Shown: positions 28,852-38,118 of the stretch, piece after piece | Layout of the letters: every line of letters begins with the position of its first letter | Numbering within the stretch: the first letter of the stretch is position 1 | DNA from: Elusimicrobiota bacterium | GTDB taxonomy: Bacteria; Elusimicrobiota; Elusimicrobia; Elusimicrobiales; UBA9959 | Assembly (NCBI GenBank): GCA_027340875.1 | Contig: DAIENX010000045.1 | Location: forward strand, 1 to 44,270 | Length of the DNA: 44,270 bases | Reading direction: 5' to 3' | The notes under the pieces: model-generated | What the model was told of the DNA's origin: nothing | Seen by the model: only the letters and a program-made list of their open reading frames with translations | Databases searched by the model: none | Translations under genes and position numbers: made by a program

Positions 28852-30690
28852 TCAGCGCCCTGCGGAGAGGACGCTGAAGGTTTCCGGAGGCAGGGAGATG
28901 AAGCCAGCCGCCCCTGCACGGAGGCCCCTCCCGGAAGAGGTGAATATCTCCGTCCACCTGCCGCGCGGCAGGGAGACGCGCCTGGCGGCCGCGGAGAAAT
29001 TGAAGGCAGCAAGGGTCGCGGCCCCGCCGCGGCGGCGGAGGAGCGACAGAACTCCGGAACGGCCTTCGGAGACCCGCAGCTCGGAGCGGTGCACGGTACC
29101 CAGCAAAGGGACGGAGCGCTGCATCGCTATGAGGCGCCGGTAGAACAGGAGCATCCGGGCGTGCACCCCCCGCTCCTGCTTCCCCCAGTCCAGGCGGCTG
29201 GCCGCGAAAGTTGCCTCACGCTGGGGGTCGGGCGGTTCCGCCTTCCAGTCGAAGGACGCGAATTCCCTCCTGCGCCCTTCCCTGACGGCCGCGGCCAGCG
29301 CCGGGTCGCCGTGGCTGACGAAGTAAAGGAACGGATTGGTCTCGGCGTACTCCTCCCCCATGAAGATCAGCGGCACGTACGGGGACAGCAGCACGGCCCC
29401 TGCGGCCAGCTTCAGCTTTCTCTCCCCCACCAGCGCCGCCAGCCTCTCCCCGCCGAGCCTGTTGCCGACCTGGTCGTGGTTCTGCGCGCATACGACGAAA
29501 CCCGAAGGAGGCAGGCCGTCGGCCGGGGCGCCGTGCATGCGGCGCCTGTGGCCGGAATAGGCCCAATCGTATACGAAGCCGGCGCGCAGGGCCTTCGCCA
29601 GGTGCGGCAGGCCTCTGAAATCCTCGTAATACCCCTGGCGTTCGCCAGTGAGTTCCGTGTGCAGCGAATGGTGGAAGTCGTCGGACCATTGGGCGGCCAG
29701 GCCGTAGCCGCCCTCGCGGCGCGTGCGCAGCAGCCTGGGGTCGTTCAGGTCGCTCTCCGCGATGAGGCTGCAGCGGCGGCCGGCTGCCTCCGAGAACTTC
29801 TCGACGGCCTCCTGCATCTCCGCCAGCAGGTGCCTGGCGCCTAGGTCGAAGATGCCGTGGACCGCGTCCAGGCGGAGGGCGTCGACGTGGAAATCCCGCA
29901 GCCAGTAGAGGGCGTTGCCCACGAAAAAGTCGCGCACAGGAAGGCTGTCCGGACCGTCGAAATTGACGGCCTTGCCCCACGGTGTGCGGTAGCGGTCAGT
30001 AAAGTAAGGCCCGAAGCGCTCCAGGTAGTTCCCCTCCGGGCCAAGGTGATTATAGACTACGTCGAGGATGACGGCCACGCCGGCCTTATGGCAGGAGTCG
30101 ACGAGCCGCTTCAGACCGTCCGGGCCGCCGTAGGTGTTCTGCGGGGCATAGGGGTAGACCCCGTCGTAGCCCCAGTTCCTCGAGCCTGGGAACTGGGCCA
30201 CCGGCATGAGCTCCACCGCGTTTATTCCGAGGTCCACCAGGTACTGTAGTTTCTCCTGGACGCCGGCGAAGCCGCCCTGGCGGGTGAACGTGCCCGGATG
30301 CAGCTCGTAGATGACCATGTCCTCGGGGCGCAGACCCTTCCAGGAGGAATCCGCCCATTTGAAGGCGGCCTGGTCCACGACCTCGGACGGGCCGTGTACG
30401 CCTTCCGGCTGGCAGCGGGACGCCGGGTCGGGGAACACCTCGCCGTCTAGAAGGTATTTATAGTGCGCGCCGGCGCCGGCGCGCGGCAGATGCAGCCGCC
30501 AGAAGCCCCCCCTCTCCCTGCGCATGGGAAGAACGGCCTCCCTGGGCTGGGACAGCATCAGGGATACCGTTTCGGCGGCAGGGGCCCAGACACGGAAGGA
30601 CACGCCCCTGCCCGAGACTACGGCCCCCTGGGGCTGATCGGCGCCTTCCGGCTGCCCGGAGTTACGTTTTAACCGTCCCCTACCCTCCAT
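28852..30690 (-). CDS. treZ: Malto-oligosyltrehalose trehalohydrolase (GH13)
   Basis: FRVWAP, DPASR.QPEGVHGPS, RNWGYDGV, DVVYNHLGPEGNY, RLDAVH, IAESDLND, QNHDQVGNR; start taken as ATG 30690. Confidence 0.92.
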   Translation of the reverse strand: MEGRGRLKRNSGQPEGADQPQGAVVSGRGVSFRVWAPAAETVSLMLSQPREAVLPMRRERGGFWRLHLPRAGAGAHYKYLLDGEVFPDPASRCQPEGVHGPSEVVDQAAFKWADSSWKGLRPEDMVIYELHPGTFTRQGGFAGVQEKLQYLVDLGINAVELMPVAQFPGSRNWGYDGVYPYAPQNTYGGPDGLKRLVDSCHKAGVAVILDVVYNHLGPEGNYLERFGPYFTDRYRTPWGKAVNFDGPDSLPVRDFFVGNALYWLRDFHVDALRLDAVHGIFDLGARHLLAEMQEAVEKFSEAAGRRCSLIAESDLNDPRLLRTRREGGYGLAAQWSDDFHHSLHTELTGERQGYYEDFRGLPHLAKALRAGFVYDWAYSGHRRRMHGAPADGLPPSGFVVCAQNHDQVGNRLGGERLAALVGERKLKLAAGAVLLSPYVPLIFMGEEYAETNPFLYFVSHGDPALAAAVREGRRREFASFDWKAEPPDPQREATFAASRLDWGKQERGVHARMLLFYRRLIAMQRSVPLLGTVHRSELRVSEGRSGVLSLLRRRGGAATLAAFNFSAAARRVSLPRGRWTEIFTSSGRGLRAGAAGFISLPPETFSVLSAGR

Positions 30691-30736
30691 ACCCCGATTA
30701 TATCTAATCCGCGGCCCGCGCGGGCTGCGCACAAAG

Positions 30737-30768
30737 CATAAGCCCCCGGAAAATTCCGGGGGCTTATG
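30737..30768 (-). terminator. Hairpin terminator immediately 3' of tRNA-Met
   Basis: cataagcccccggaa/ttccgggggcttatg inverted repeat abutting the tRNA CCA end. Confidence 0.7.
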
Positions 30769-30843
30769 GTTGCGGGGGTTGGATTTGAACCAACGACCTC
30801 AAGGTTATGGGCCTTGCGAGCTACCAGGCTGCTCTACCCCGCA
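30767..30843 (-). tRNA. tRNA-Met(CAT), initiator (fMet)-type body, CCA encoded
   Basis: Reverse complement TGCGGGGTAGAGCAGCCTGGTAGCTCGCAAGGCCCATAACCTTGAGGTCGTTGGTTCAAATCCAACCCCCGCAACCA; D-arm and T-loop match bacterial tRNA-fMet. Confidence 0.92.
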
Positions 30844-30884
30844 GAGATATTATAGCACAACCGCTGGGGTAAAGCAATATCGGT

Positions 30885-32060
30885 CTACTTCTGCAGTTCC
30901 TGGGAATCCACGGCGTCCCCGGCCTTGTCGTAGACGGTCATCTTCAGATGGGCTCCGTTCACCTCGAACACCGCGAAGTGGAAGACCGGCAGGAACTTGG
31001 CGGACCAGTCCTCGTTGCGCCGCTGGATGTACAGCGGGGAGCCGCCGCCTCCCAGCGTGACATAGGTTATCCCTCCCTGCTGGTCCGGCACGCCGTCCTT
31101 TATCGGCAGCGTGCGCTCGTAATCGTGGTCGTGTCCCTGCAGGACCATATCGACCCCGTATTTCTGGAAGAGCGGCTCCAGCGTCTCGACTTCCTTCAGT
31201 ACCGGCTCGTGGGCCCCGGTGGAATACAGCGGGCCGTGGAGCACGACGAAGCGCCACTGCTTCGCGTGCGCCTTGGAGAGAACGTACTCGAGCCATTTGT
31301 ACTGCTTGGAACCGGGCTCCAGCGACGGGGCGAACTTGGCGCCGTAGAAAGCGTTGGTGTCCAGCACCACGAAGCGGGCGTTCGCCACGTCGAAATAATA
31401 GTAGTGGGGCGGCAGGCCGGTGTACGGCGTGGTGTGGAAAGGGACGAAGTTAGCCTTCAGGAAGCCCTTTCCCTCAGGGCTGCCGAGATCGCGGCCGTAA
31501 TCGTGGTTGCCGAGCGCCAGGAAGAACGGGACGCGCGCCAGCAGGTCGGCGTAAGGGCGGAAATATTCCTCGTCGGCCATCTCGTCCAGTCCTTCCGAAA
31601 GCGAATCGCCGGTATGCACTACGAAGTCCGGGGAGAATTTCGCCATCCGCTCCGCGAGGGTCACCTGTTCCTCGGAGCTGGAGCCGGAATCCCCGAACGC
31701 GAGGAACGTGAAGTACGGCTTATCCTCGCCGCGGAAGGTGACGAAGGAGCCCTCGAAGGCCTTGTAGGCCGCCGTGCTGTCCTGCACCGGCAGGTAGATG
31801 CGGTAGCAGTGGGTAGTGTCGGGAAGCAGGCCGAACAGCGTTATCCTGTGCTCGGCTGCCTCCGGTATCGGGGTCAGGAAGCGCTCGCAGTCGGGCGCGC
31901 CTCCGTAGGTGAGCCAGCCGGGAGCAGGCGCGTCGGTGCGGAAACGCACCGTCACCATATCCTCGGTCATGCTCTCCAGATAGGGGCCGCGTTCTATGAC
32001 CACGGCGGCGGCGGGAGCCGCCGCCAGGAGCAGCGGGAGCAGCAGGCTAGCGGCCCTCAT
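30885..32060 (-). CDS. Exported metallophosphoesterase, purple acid phosphatase-like (FN3-like N-terminal domain)
   Basis: Signal peptide, RGPYL, FGDSG, HTGD, LGNHD, VLH, QGHDHDYER. Confidence 0.88.
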   Translation of the reverse strand: MRAASLLLPLLLAAAPAAAVVIERGPYLESMTEDMVTVRFRTDAPAPGWLTYGGAPDCERFLTPIPEAAEHRITLFGLLPDTTHCYRIYLPVQDSTAAYKAFEGSFVTFRGEDKPYFTFLAFGDSGSSSEEQVTLAERMAKFSPDFVVHTGDSLSEGLDEMADEEYFRPYADLLARVPFFLALGNHDYGRDLGSPEGKGFLKANFVPFHTTPYTGLPPHYYYFDVANARFVVLDTNAFYGAKFAPSLEPGSKQYKWLEYVLSKAHAKQWRFVVLHGPLYSTGAHEPVLKEVETLEPLFQKYGVDMVLQGHDHDYERTLPIKDGVPDQQGGITYVTLGGGGSPLYIQRRNEDWSAKFLPVFHFAVFEVNGAHLKMTVYDKAGDAVDSQELQK

Positions 32061-33802
32061 TTCCCCTTGGCCCCGCAGAAGAGCGGCGTCACCCGGAACT
32101 TCACGGCGTCTATGACGCCCCGGTCCGTGATACGCAGCTCGGGGATAGGCGGCAGCGTGAGGAAAGCCATGGCCATGAAGGGGTCCGACAGCCTCGAGCC
32201 CAGCATGCGGGCCGCTTCCGTCAGGCGCTTGAGCTTCTCGCGGACGAACTCGGAGCTGCGGTCCGACATCAGTCCGGCGACCGGCAGCGGCAGCGCCTCG
32301 AGCACCTGGCCGTTCAGAGCGGCCACTATGCCGCCCTGCATCTTCACCACCTGCACCGCGGCGGTGTACATGTCCCCGTCGTGCGTGCCGATCACGACTA
32401 TATTGTGGGAGTCGTGGGAGACCGACGAGGCGATGGCGCCCTTCTTCAGACTGAAGCCCTTGACCAGTCCCTTGGCTATGCGGCCGCTGGCCATGTGGCG
32501 CTCTATGACCGCTATCTTAAGTATGTCGCGCTCGGTGTCGGAGGAGACGTAGCCGCCGTCCTGCTTCACCGGCTCCACGGTCATCCTGGTCACTATCTGG
32601 TCCGGGACCACGTTAATGACACGGGCGAACTTCCCCTCCGCCTTCAGCGCGAAGTCCTCGTGCTCTATCCACTTCACGTTGACGGTGCCGCGCGCCTTGC
32701 CCTCGTACTCCTTGATCACTCCGGGGGTTATCCGCCGGTCGCTGGCCACCAGCTTCCCGCACTTGAAGACCTTGGTTATCTTGAGGCCCTTGAGGTCCTG
32801 CAGCACCACCATGTCGGCCTGATAGCCAGGGGCTATCGCGCCCAGGTTCTTCAGGTTGAAATACTCGGCGGTGTTTATCGTGGCCATCTGTATGGCGCGG
32901 ATAGGGTCGACGCCCAGCCTTATCGCGGTGCGCACCAGGTAGTCGATATGGCCCTGGCTCTCGATATCCTCCAGGTGGCGGTCGTCCGTGACGAAGATGA
33001 ACTTGCGGGAATTCTCGGAGTTCACGAGCGGCAGCAGCCCTTTGAGGTTCTTGGCCGCCGTGCCCTCGCGGATCATGATGTACATACCGGCGCGCAGCTT
33101 CTCGCGCGCCTCGGCGACGTCGGTGCACTCGTGGTCGCTCTTGATGCCGGCGGAGACGTAGGCGTAGAGCTGCTTATCCTTCAGCATCGGCGCATGGCCG
33201 TCTATAACCTTATTCTTCGCTATCGCGATCTTCTCCAGCACGCCCCTGTCCTGATAGATCACGCCGGGGTAGTTCATCATTTCGCCTATCCCGAGCACGC
33301 GGTCGTCCCCGAGCAGCAGCCCCAGGTCGTGCGCGTCCAGCTCGGCGCCGGCGGTCTCGAGGTGGGTGGCCGGCACGCAGGACGGCAGCATCACGTAGAC
33401 GCCCAGAACGGCGTTCAGGCTGGAGGAGAGCATGTACTTGATGCCGTCCAGGCCCAGGACGTTGGCGATCTCGTGCGGGTCTATCACCACCGAGGTGGTG
33501 CCGCACGGCAGCACGGTGCGCGCGAACTCCGGGATCTTCACCATGGAGCTCTCTATGTGGACGTGGCCGTCGATGAAGCCCGGAGCGACGTAGGCGCCTT
33601 TGAGGTCGATGGCCTGCTTAGCCTTGTACTCGCCGAAGCCGACCACCTTGCCGCCGTGCACGGCGACGTGGGTGCGGTGGATGTCGCCGGAGAAGGTGTT
33701 TATCACCCTGGCGTTCCTGAGCAGGAGGTCCACCCTCTTGGCCCCTCCGGATATCTCTATCGTGCTCTTTATCTTAGCGAGATTGGAATCAGCTAGCATC
33801 AT
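32057..33802 (-). CDS. ade: Adenine deaminase
   Basis: PGFIDGHVHIESS, DPHEIANV, EMMNYPGV, DGHAP, DHEC, IREG, TDDRH, SHDSHN. Confidence 0.95.
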   Translation of the reverse strand: MMLADSNLAKIKSTIEISGGAKRVDLLLRNARVINTFSGDIHRTHVAVHGGKVVGFGEYKAKQAIDLKGAYVAPGFIDGHVHIESSMVKIPEFARTVLPCGTTSVVIDPHEIANVLGLDGIKYMLSSSLNAVLGVYVMLPSCVPATHLETAGAELDAHDLGLLLGDDRVLGIGEMMNYPGVIYQDRGVLEKIAIAKNKVIDGHAPMLKDKQLYAYVSAGIKSDHECTDVAEAREKLRAGMYIMIREGTAAKNLKGLLPLVNSENSRKFIFVTDDRHLEDIESQGHIDYLVRTAIRLGVDPIRAIQMATINTAEYFNLKNLGAIAPGYQADMVVLQDLKGLKITKVFKCGKLVASDRRITPGVIKEYEGKARGTVNVKWIEHEDFALKAEGKFARVINVVPDQIVTRMTVEPVKQDGGYVSSDTERDILKIAVIERHMASGRIAKGLVKGFSLKKGAIASSVSHDSHNIVVIGTHDGDMYTAAVQVVKMQGGIVAALNGQVLEALPLPVAGLMSDRSSEFVREKLKRLTEAARMLGSRLSDPFMAMAFLTLPPIPELRITDRGVIDAVKFRVTPLFCGAKGK

Positions 33803-33915
33803 GCACCCCTTTTTCCGCGCGGCATCAATGATTTAATTCTACATATTCCCGCGTTGCCGCGCAAAAGAGCAGCGGGGCGCTTTTTATTTAGTATTATTTT
33901 CAGGGGTAATTAACA

Positions 33916-36900
33916 ATGAAGGTGAAATTCCCATCCCTGCTATGGACCGCGGCCGGCACGCTGGGCATCAGCGTGGCCCTTTTCATCGGCTGGCTGCTCT
34001 ATTCCAACCTGGCGCAATGGACCGAAGCCGAGCGGGAGCTGAGCCATTCCAACGCCGCCATCCACAGCGCGGAGAACCTCTACGCCCAGACCCTTGGGGC
34101 CTCCTCCCGCGGGCGCGCCTACATGGTCACCGGCCGGCAGGAGTCGCTGGCGGATTTCGACCGGCAGGTTTCGATAATGCTGCGCGAGACCAACTTCCTG
34201 CGCCAGATAGCGCGCACCAGGCCGGAGTACGCACCGTATTCGGAGCATCTGGCACTGCTTGTTCCCGAGCGCATAGACGCCATGCGGAACTCGATAGCCC
34301 TCAGGAAGGCAGGCCCGCTGTCCACGGAGCGGGTAGCGGACAGGATACGCAACGGCGACGCCATTACCGCGGAGATCCGCGCCGTGACACGGGACCTGAT
34401 GGAAACCGTCAGGATGAAAATGGGATTGCTGGGCGCGCAAACCCGGCTCCAGGAGACCCAGCGCAACCGCATCATCGCGACCATCCTGATCCTGCTGATC
34501 CTGCTGCTGCTGGTCACGCTGGTGTTCATGCTTCGGGAGGAGGCGCGCCGGCGGCGCGCCGAAACGGAACTGGCCGACGCCAACGCCAGGCTCAAGAGCG
34601 TCCTCGACTCCGCCACCCAGATCTCCATCATCGCCACCGACCTCAAAGGGACGATGATACTTTTCAGCGTCGGAGCCGAACGGCTGCTCGGGTACTCGGC
34701 GCAGGAGCTGATAGGCAAAGCGACTCCGGAGGTGATACACCTGCCCGAAGAGGTGGCCGCGCGCGGGGCGGAACTTACGGCCAGGCTGGGCCGCCCGGTG
34801 ACGGGCTTCGACGTTTTCGTGGAGGCGGCCAGGACGGGCGGGCACGAGATCCGCGAATGGACCTACGTCCGCAAGGACGGCTCCCGCCTCCCTGTGGACC
34901 TGGTGGTCACCGGACTCAAGAACCACGCGGGAGAACTTACCGGCTTCCTGGGCATGGCCATGGACATCAGCGCCCGGAAACGCTCCCAGATGCGCATGCG
35001 CAAGCTGGCGGCGGCGGTGAGGCACAGCCCCACGTCCATCGTGATCACCGACAAGGACGCCAACATAGAATACGTCAACCCAAGGTTCCTCGAGCTGACC
35101 GGCTATACGGAGCAGGAAGCTCTCGGCAAGAACCCGCGCATGCTGAGCTCCGGCAGGAACCCGAAGGAGCTTTACAGGGACCTGTGGGCTACCCTGCTGG
35201 CGGGCAAGGTCTGGCGCGGCGAGTTCCTCAACAAGAAGAAGGACGGCGAGCTGTTCTGGGAGCGCGCGGACATCTCCCCGGTGAAGGACCCCGCGGGCAA
35301 CATCACCAGTTACGTGGCCGTAAAGCTGGACATCACGGATAAGAAGCAGATAGAGGCCGAGATGGCGAAGGCCAAGGACGCGGCCCTGGAGCTGGCCCGC
35401 ATGAAGGCCGACTTCCTCGCCAACATGAGCCACGAGATACGCACGCCGATGAACGCCATAATCGGCATGACCGGTCTCCTGCTCGGCACGGAGCTGTCCC
35501 CCCGCCAGCGGGATTACGCCAGGACCATAGGCACGGCGGGAGAATCTCTGCTGGACATCATCAACGACATCCTCGATTTCTCCAAGATAGAGTCCGGGAA
35601 ACTTATCATAGAGACGATGGATTTCGACCTGCAGGAGACGGTGGAGAGCACCGTGGAGCTCCTCGCCCAGCGGGCGCAGGACAAGGGGCTGGAGCTGGAG
35701 CAGCTTATAGAACCCGACGTGCCGCTCCACCTCCGCGGCGACCCCGGCCGCCTGCGGCAGATACTCACCAACCTGCTCGGCAACGCGATGAAATTCACGG
35801 ACCGAGGAGAGGTGATACTGCGGATATCCAAAGAGAGGGCCGACGCTGACGGGGCCCTCCTGAGGTTCACAGTGAAGGATACAGGCGTGGGGATACCCAG
35901 GGAGGCCGGCCGCAAGCTCTTCCAGGAATTCACCCAGGCCGACGCCTCCACCACGCGCAAATACGGCGGAACCGGCCTGGGACTTTCCATCTGCAAGCGT
36001 CTCACGGAGCTCATGGGCGGTGAAATAGGCTTCGAAAGCGAGCCGGGACAGGGCTCCGTCTTCTGGTTCACCCTGCCGTACGCCCTGACCGCGCAGCAGC
36101 CCCCGGAGGCGCGCCCGGAAGGTCTGGAAGGCACCAGGACCCTCGTAGTGGACGACAACGCCGCCAGCCGCCAGATAGTCACCAACTACCTGACCCTCTG
36201 GCAGATGCCCTGCGAGGCCGCGCAGTCCGCCGAAGAGGGCCTGTCCCTGCTGAACGCCGCCGCCGCCGCAGGCAAACCCTACCAGGTCGCCATAGTGGAC
36301 ATGCAGATGCCGGGCATGGACGGCCGCATGCTGGCCGGGGCGATAGGCAGGCAGCCGCAGCTCTCCGGGCTGAAGATAGTACTGCAGACGTCTCTCGGAC
36401 AGGAGATCTCCAGGGAGGAGCTTTCCGCAAACGGCATCTCAGTATGCGTTCACAAGCCCATCAGGCCCTCCGTCCTCCTCAGGGCGATAACCGCGGCCCT
36501 TTCCGGGGAGACGGCCCAGGAGCCCGCCTCCTCGGCACCGCGCAAGGAGCCCTCGCCTCTGAGCAGGTATTTCAGGATACTCCTCGCCGAGGACAATCCC
36601 GTGAACCAGAAGGTCGCGATGCGCCAGCTGGAGAAGCTGGGCTACGAGGCCAGTCTCGCCGCCAACGGCCTCGAAGCCGTGGCCGCGATAAAGGGATCCT
36701 CCTTCGATCTCGTCCTGATGGACTGCCAGATGCCAGAGATGGACGGCTTCCAGGCCACCCGGGAGATCCGCCGCCTCCAGGCCGACGACCAGCGCCGGAT
36801 CCCGATAATAGCGATGACGGCCAACGCCCTCAAGGGCGACAAGGAGAAGTGCATCGCCGCCGGCAGGGACGCCTATATCTCGAAGCCCGTGCGCATAGAG

Positions 36901-37284
36901 CAGCTGGCGGAAGTGATAGGGCGGTGGGATTCCCCGCTGGACCCGTTCACGCTGAAGGACCTGGGCGAGCTCGGCGGCGACGACGGCGGCGAGTTCTTAT
37001 CGGGGATCCTGTCCACCTATCTGAAGGACCTGCCGGGCAGGGTCGAGGCCGTCCGGACGGCCGCCGAGGCGAAGGACGCCGAAGCGCTCCGCCTGGCGGC
37101 CCATGCCCTGAAGGGCAGCAGCGGCAACATCGGCGCCAGACGCCTGCAGAAGCTCTGCCTCCTGCTTGAGCAGGCCGGCCGCTCCGGCAGTCTCGAGGGT
37201 GTCGCCGACCTGATGAAGGCCTTCGACCTGGAAGTTCCCGCGGTACGGCAGGCCATCGAGGCACGCATCTCCGCGGGGAACTGA
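33916..37284 (+). CDS. Hybrid (unorthodox) sensor histidine kinase: CHASE3-like, 2 PAS, HisKA, HATPase, 2 REC, Hpt
   Basis: Two TM helices, PAS/PAC motifs, FLANMSHEIRTPMNAI, NLLGNAMKFT, GGTGLGL, two receivers (DMQMP, DCQMP), Hpt AHALKGSSGNIG. Confidence 0.95.
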   Translation: MKVKFPSLLWTAAGTLGISVALFIGWLLYSNLAQWTEAERELSHSNAAIHSAENLYAQTLGASSRGRAYMVTGRQESLADFDRQVSIMLRETNFLRQIARTRPEYAPYSEHLALLVPERIDAMRNSIALRKAGPLSTERVADRIRNGDAITAEIRAVTRDLMETVRMKMGLLGAQTRLQETQRNRIIATILILLILLLLVTLVFMLREEARRRRAETELADANARLKSVLDSATQISIIATDLKGTMILFSVGAERLLGYSAQELIGKATPEVIHLPEEVAARGAELTARLGRPVTGFDVFVEAARTGGHEIREWTYVRKDGSRLPVDLVVTGLKNHAGELTGFLGMAMDISARKRSQMRMRKLAAAVRHSPTSIVITDKDANIEYVNPRFLELTGYTEQEALGKNPRMLSSGRNPKELYRDLWATLLAGKVWRGEFLNKKKDGELFWERADISPVKDPAGNITSYVAVKLDITDKKQIEAEMAKAKDAALELARMKADFLANMSHEIRTPMNAIIGMTGLLLGTELSPRQRDYARTIGTAGESLLDIINDILDFSKIESGKLIIETMDFDLQETVESTVELLAQRAQDKGLELEQLIEPDVPLHLRGDPGRLRQILTNLLGNAMKFTDRGEVILRISKERADADGALLRFTVKDTGVGIPREAGRKLFQEFTQADASTTRKYGGTGLGLSICKRLTELMGGEIGFESEPGQGSVFWFTLPYALTAQQPPEARPEGLEGTRTLVVDDNAASRQIVTNYLTLWQMPCEAAQSAEEGLSLLNAAAAAGKPYQVAIVDMQMPGMDGRMLAGAIGRQPQLSGLKIVLQTSLGQEISREELSANGISVCVHKPIRPSVLLRAITAALSGETAQEPASSAPRKEPSPLSRYFRILLAEDNPVNQKVAMRQLEKLGYEASLAANGLEAVAAIKGSSFDLVLMDCQMPEMDGFQATREIRRLQADDQRRIPIIAMTANALKGDKEKCIAAGRDAYISKPVRIEQLAEVIGRWDSPLDPFTLKDLGELGGDDGGEFLSGILSTYLKDLPGRVEAVRTAAEAKDAEALRLAAHALKGSSGNIGARRLQKLCLLLEQAGRSGSLEGVADLMKAFDLEVPAVRQAIEARISAGN

Positions 37285-37286
37285 AG

Positions 37287-38060
37287 ATGATTGCGCTCCA
37301 CCCCGCCCAGCACGACCTATCACTCGCCTCCTTGGTCTTCCTAGCGGGCTTCGTCGATTCCATAGCGGGAGGCGGGGGTCTTATAACGCTGCCCGCCTAC
37401 CTCGCCCACGGGCTCAGCCCAGCGCTGCTGCTGGGCACGAACAAGCTTTCCTCCTCCATGGGGACCAGCGTGGCGGCGGTCAGGCTCATCAAGGAGGCGC
37501 GCTTCGGCGCCGACTTCCTTTTCGTCCTGACGGTGCTGGCGGCGGGAGGCTCGTTCCTGGGCGCCAAGGCCATCTCCCTGGTGCCGCCCGAACTGATACG
37601 TTACCTCCTTATCGTGCTGCTGCCCCCGGTGGCGATATTCCTGGGCGCCCGCAAACGCTTCGGCCTGGCGGATACCAGCCATGTTCATTCGGAGAACTCG
37701 CTGCTGAAGCGCTCCGGAACGCTTTCATTCTTCGTGAGCTGCTACGACGGGATGCTGGGCCCCGGCACCGGGACCTTCCTGGCCGTGGGGTTCGCCAAGC
37801 TCTGCGGCTACGACCTGCTGCGCTCCACTGCTCTGGCCAAGCTGCTGAACCTGGTCTCCAACCTGGCCGCGCTGGCGGCCTTCCTGTGGCTCGGCAGGGT
37901 GGACATACGGCTGGGCCTGGCGATGGGTATCGCCGGGATGGCGGGGAATTACGCCGGCTCGCACATGGCGCTGAAAAAAGGCGCCTGGGTGATCAGGCCC
38001 ATGCTCTTCTCCGTCTCTGCCGCGCTGCTCGTTAAGCTGGCGTGGGATATGCTGCGATGA
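37287..38060 (+). CDS. TSUP (TauE/SafE, YfcA-like) transporter
   Basis: AGFVDSIAGGGGLITLP, GTNKL, YDGMLGPGTGTF. Confidence 0.9.
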   Translation: MIALHPAQHDLSLASLVFLAGFVDSIAGGGGLITLPAYLAHGLSPALLLGTNKLSSSMGTSVAAVRLIKEARFGADFLFVLTVLAAGGSFLGAKAISLVPPELIRYLLIVLLPPVAIFLGARKRFGLADTSHVHSENSLLKRSGTLSFFVSCYDGMLGPGTGTFLAVGFAKLCGYDLLRSTALAKLLNLVSNLAALAAFLWLGRVDIRLGLAMGIAGMAGNYAGSHMALKKGAWVIRPMLFSVSAALLVKLAWDMLR

Positions 38061-38118
38061 GGAATTACAGCGAACGGCTTCCCGTTTGCGGCCGTTATAC
38101 CTCTTCTGCTGGCTTCCC

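Noticed and set aside
36850..36890. Second receiver of the hybrid kinase reads AGRDAYISKP rather than the usual AGMDxYxSKP
   Set aside because: A single substitution outside the catalytic D/T/K positions; not enough to call it inactive.
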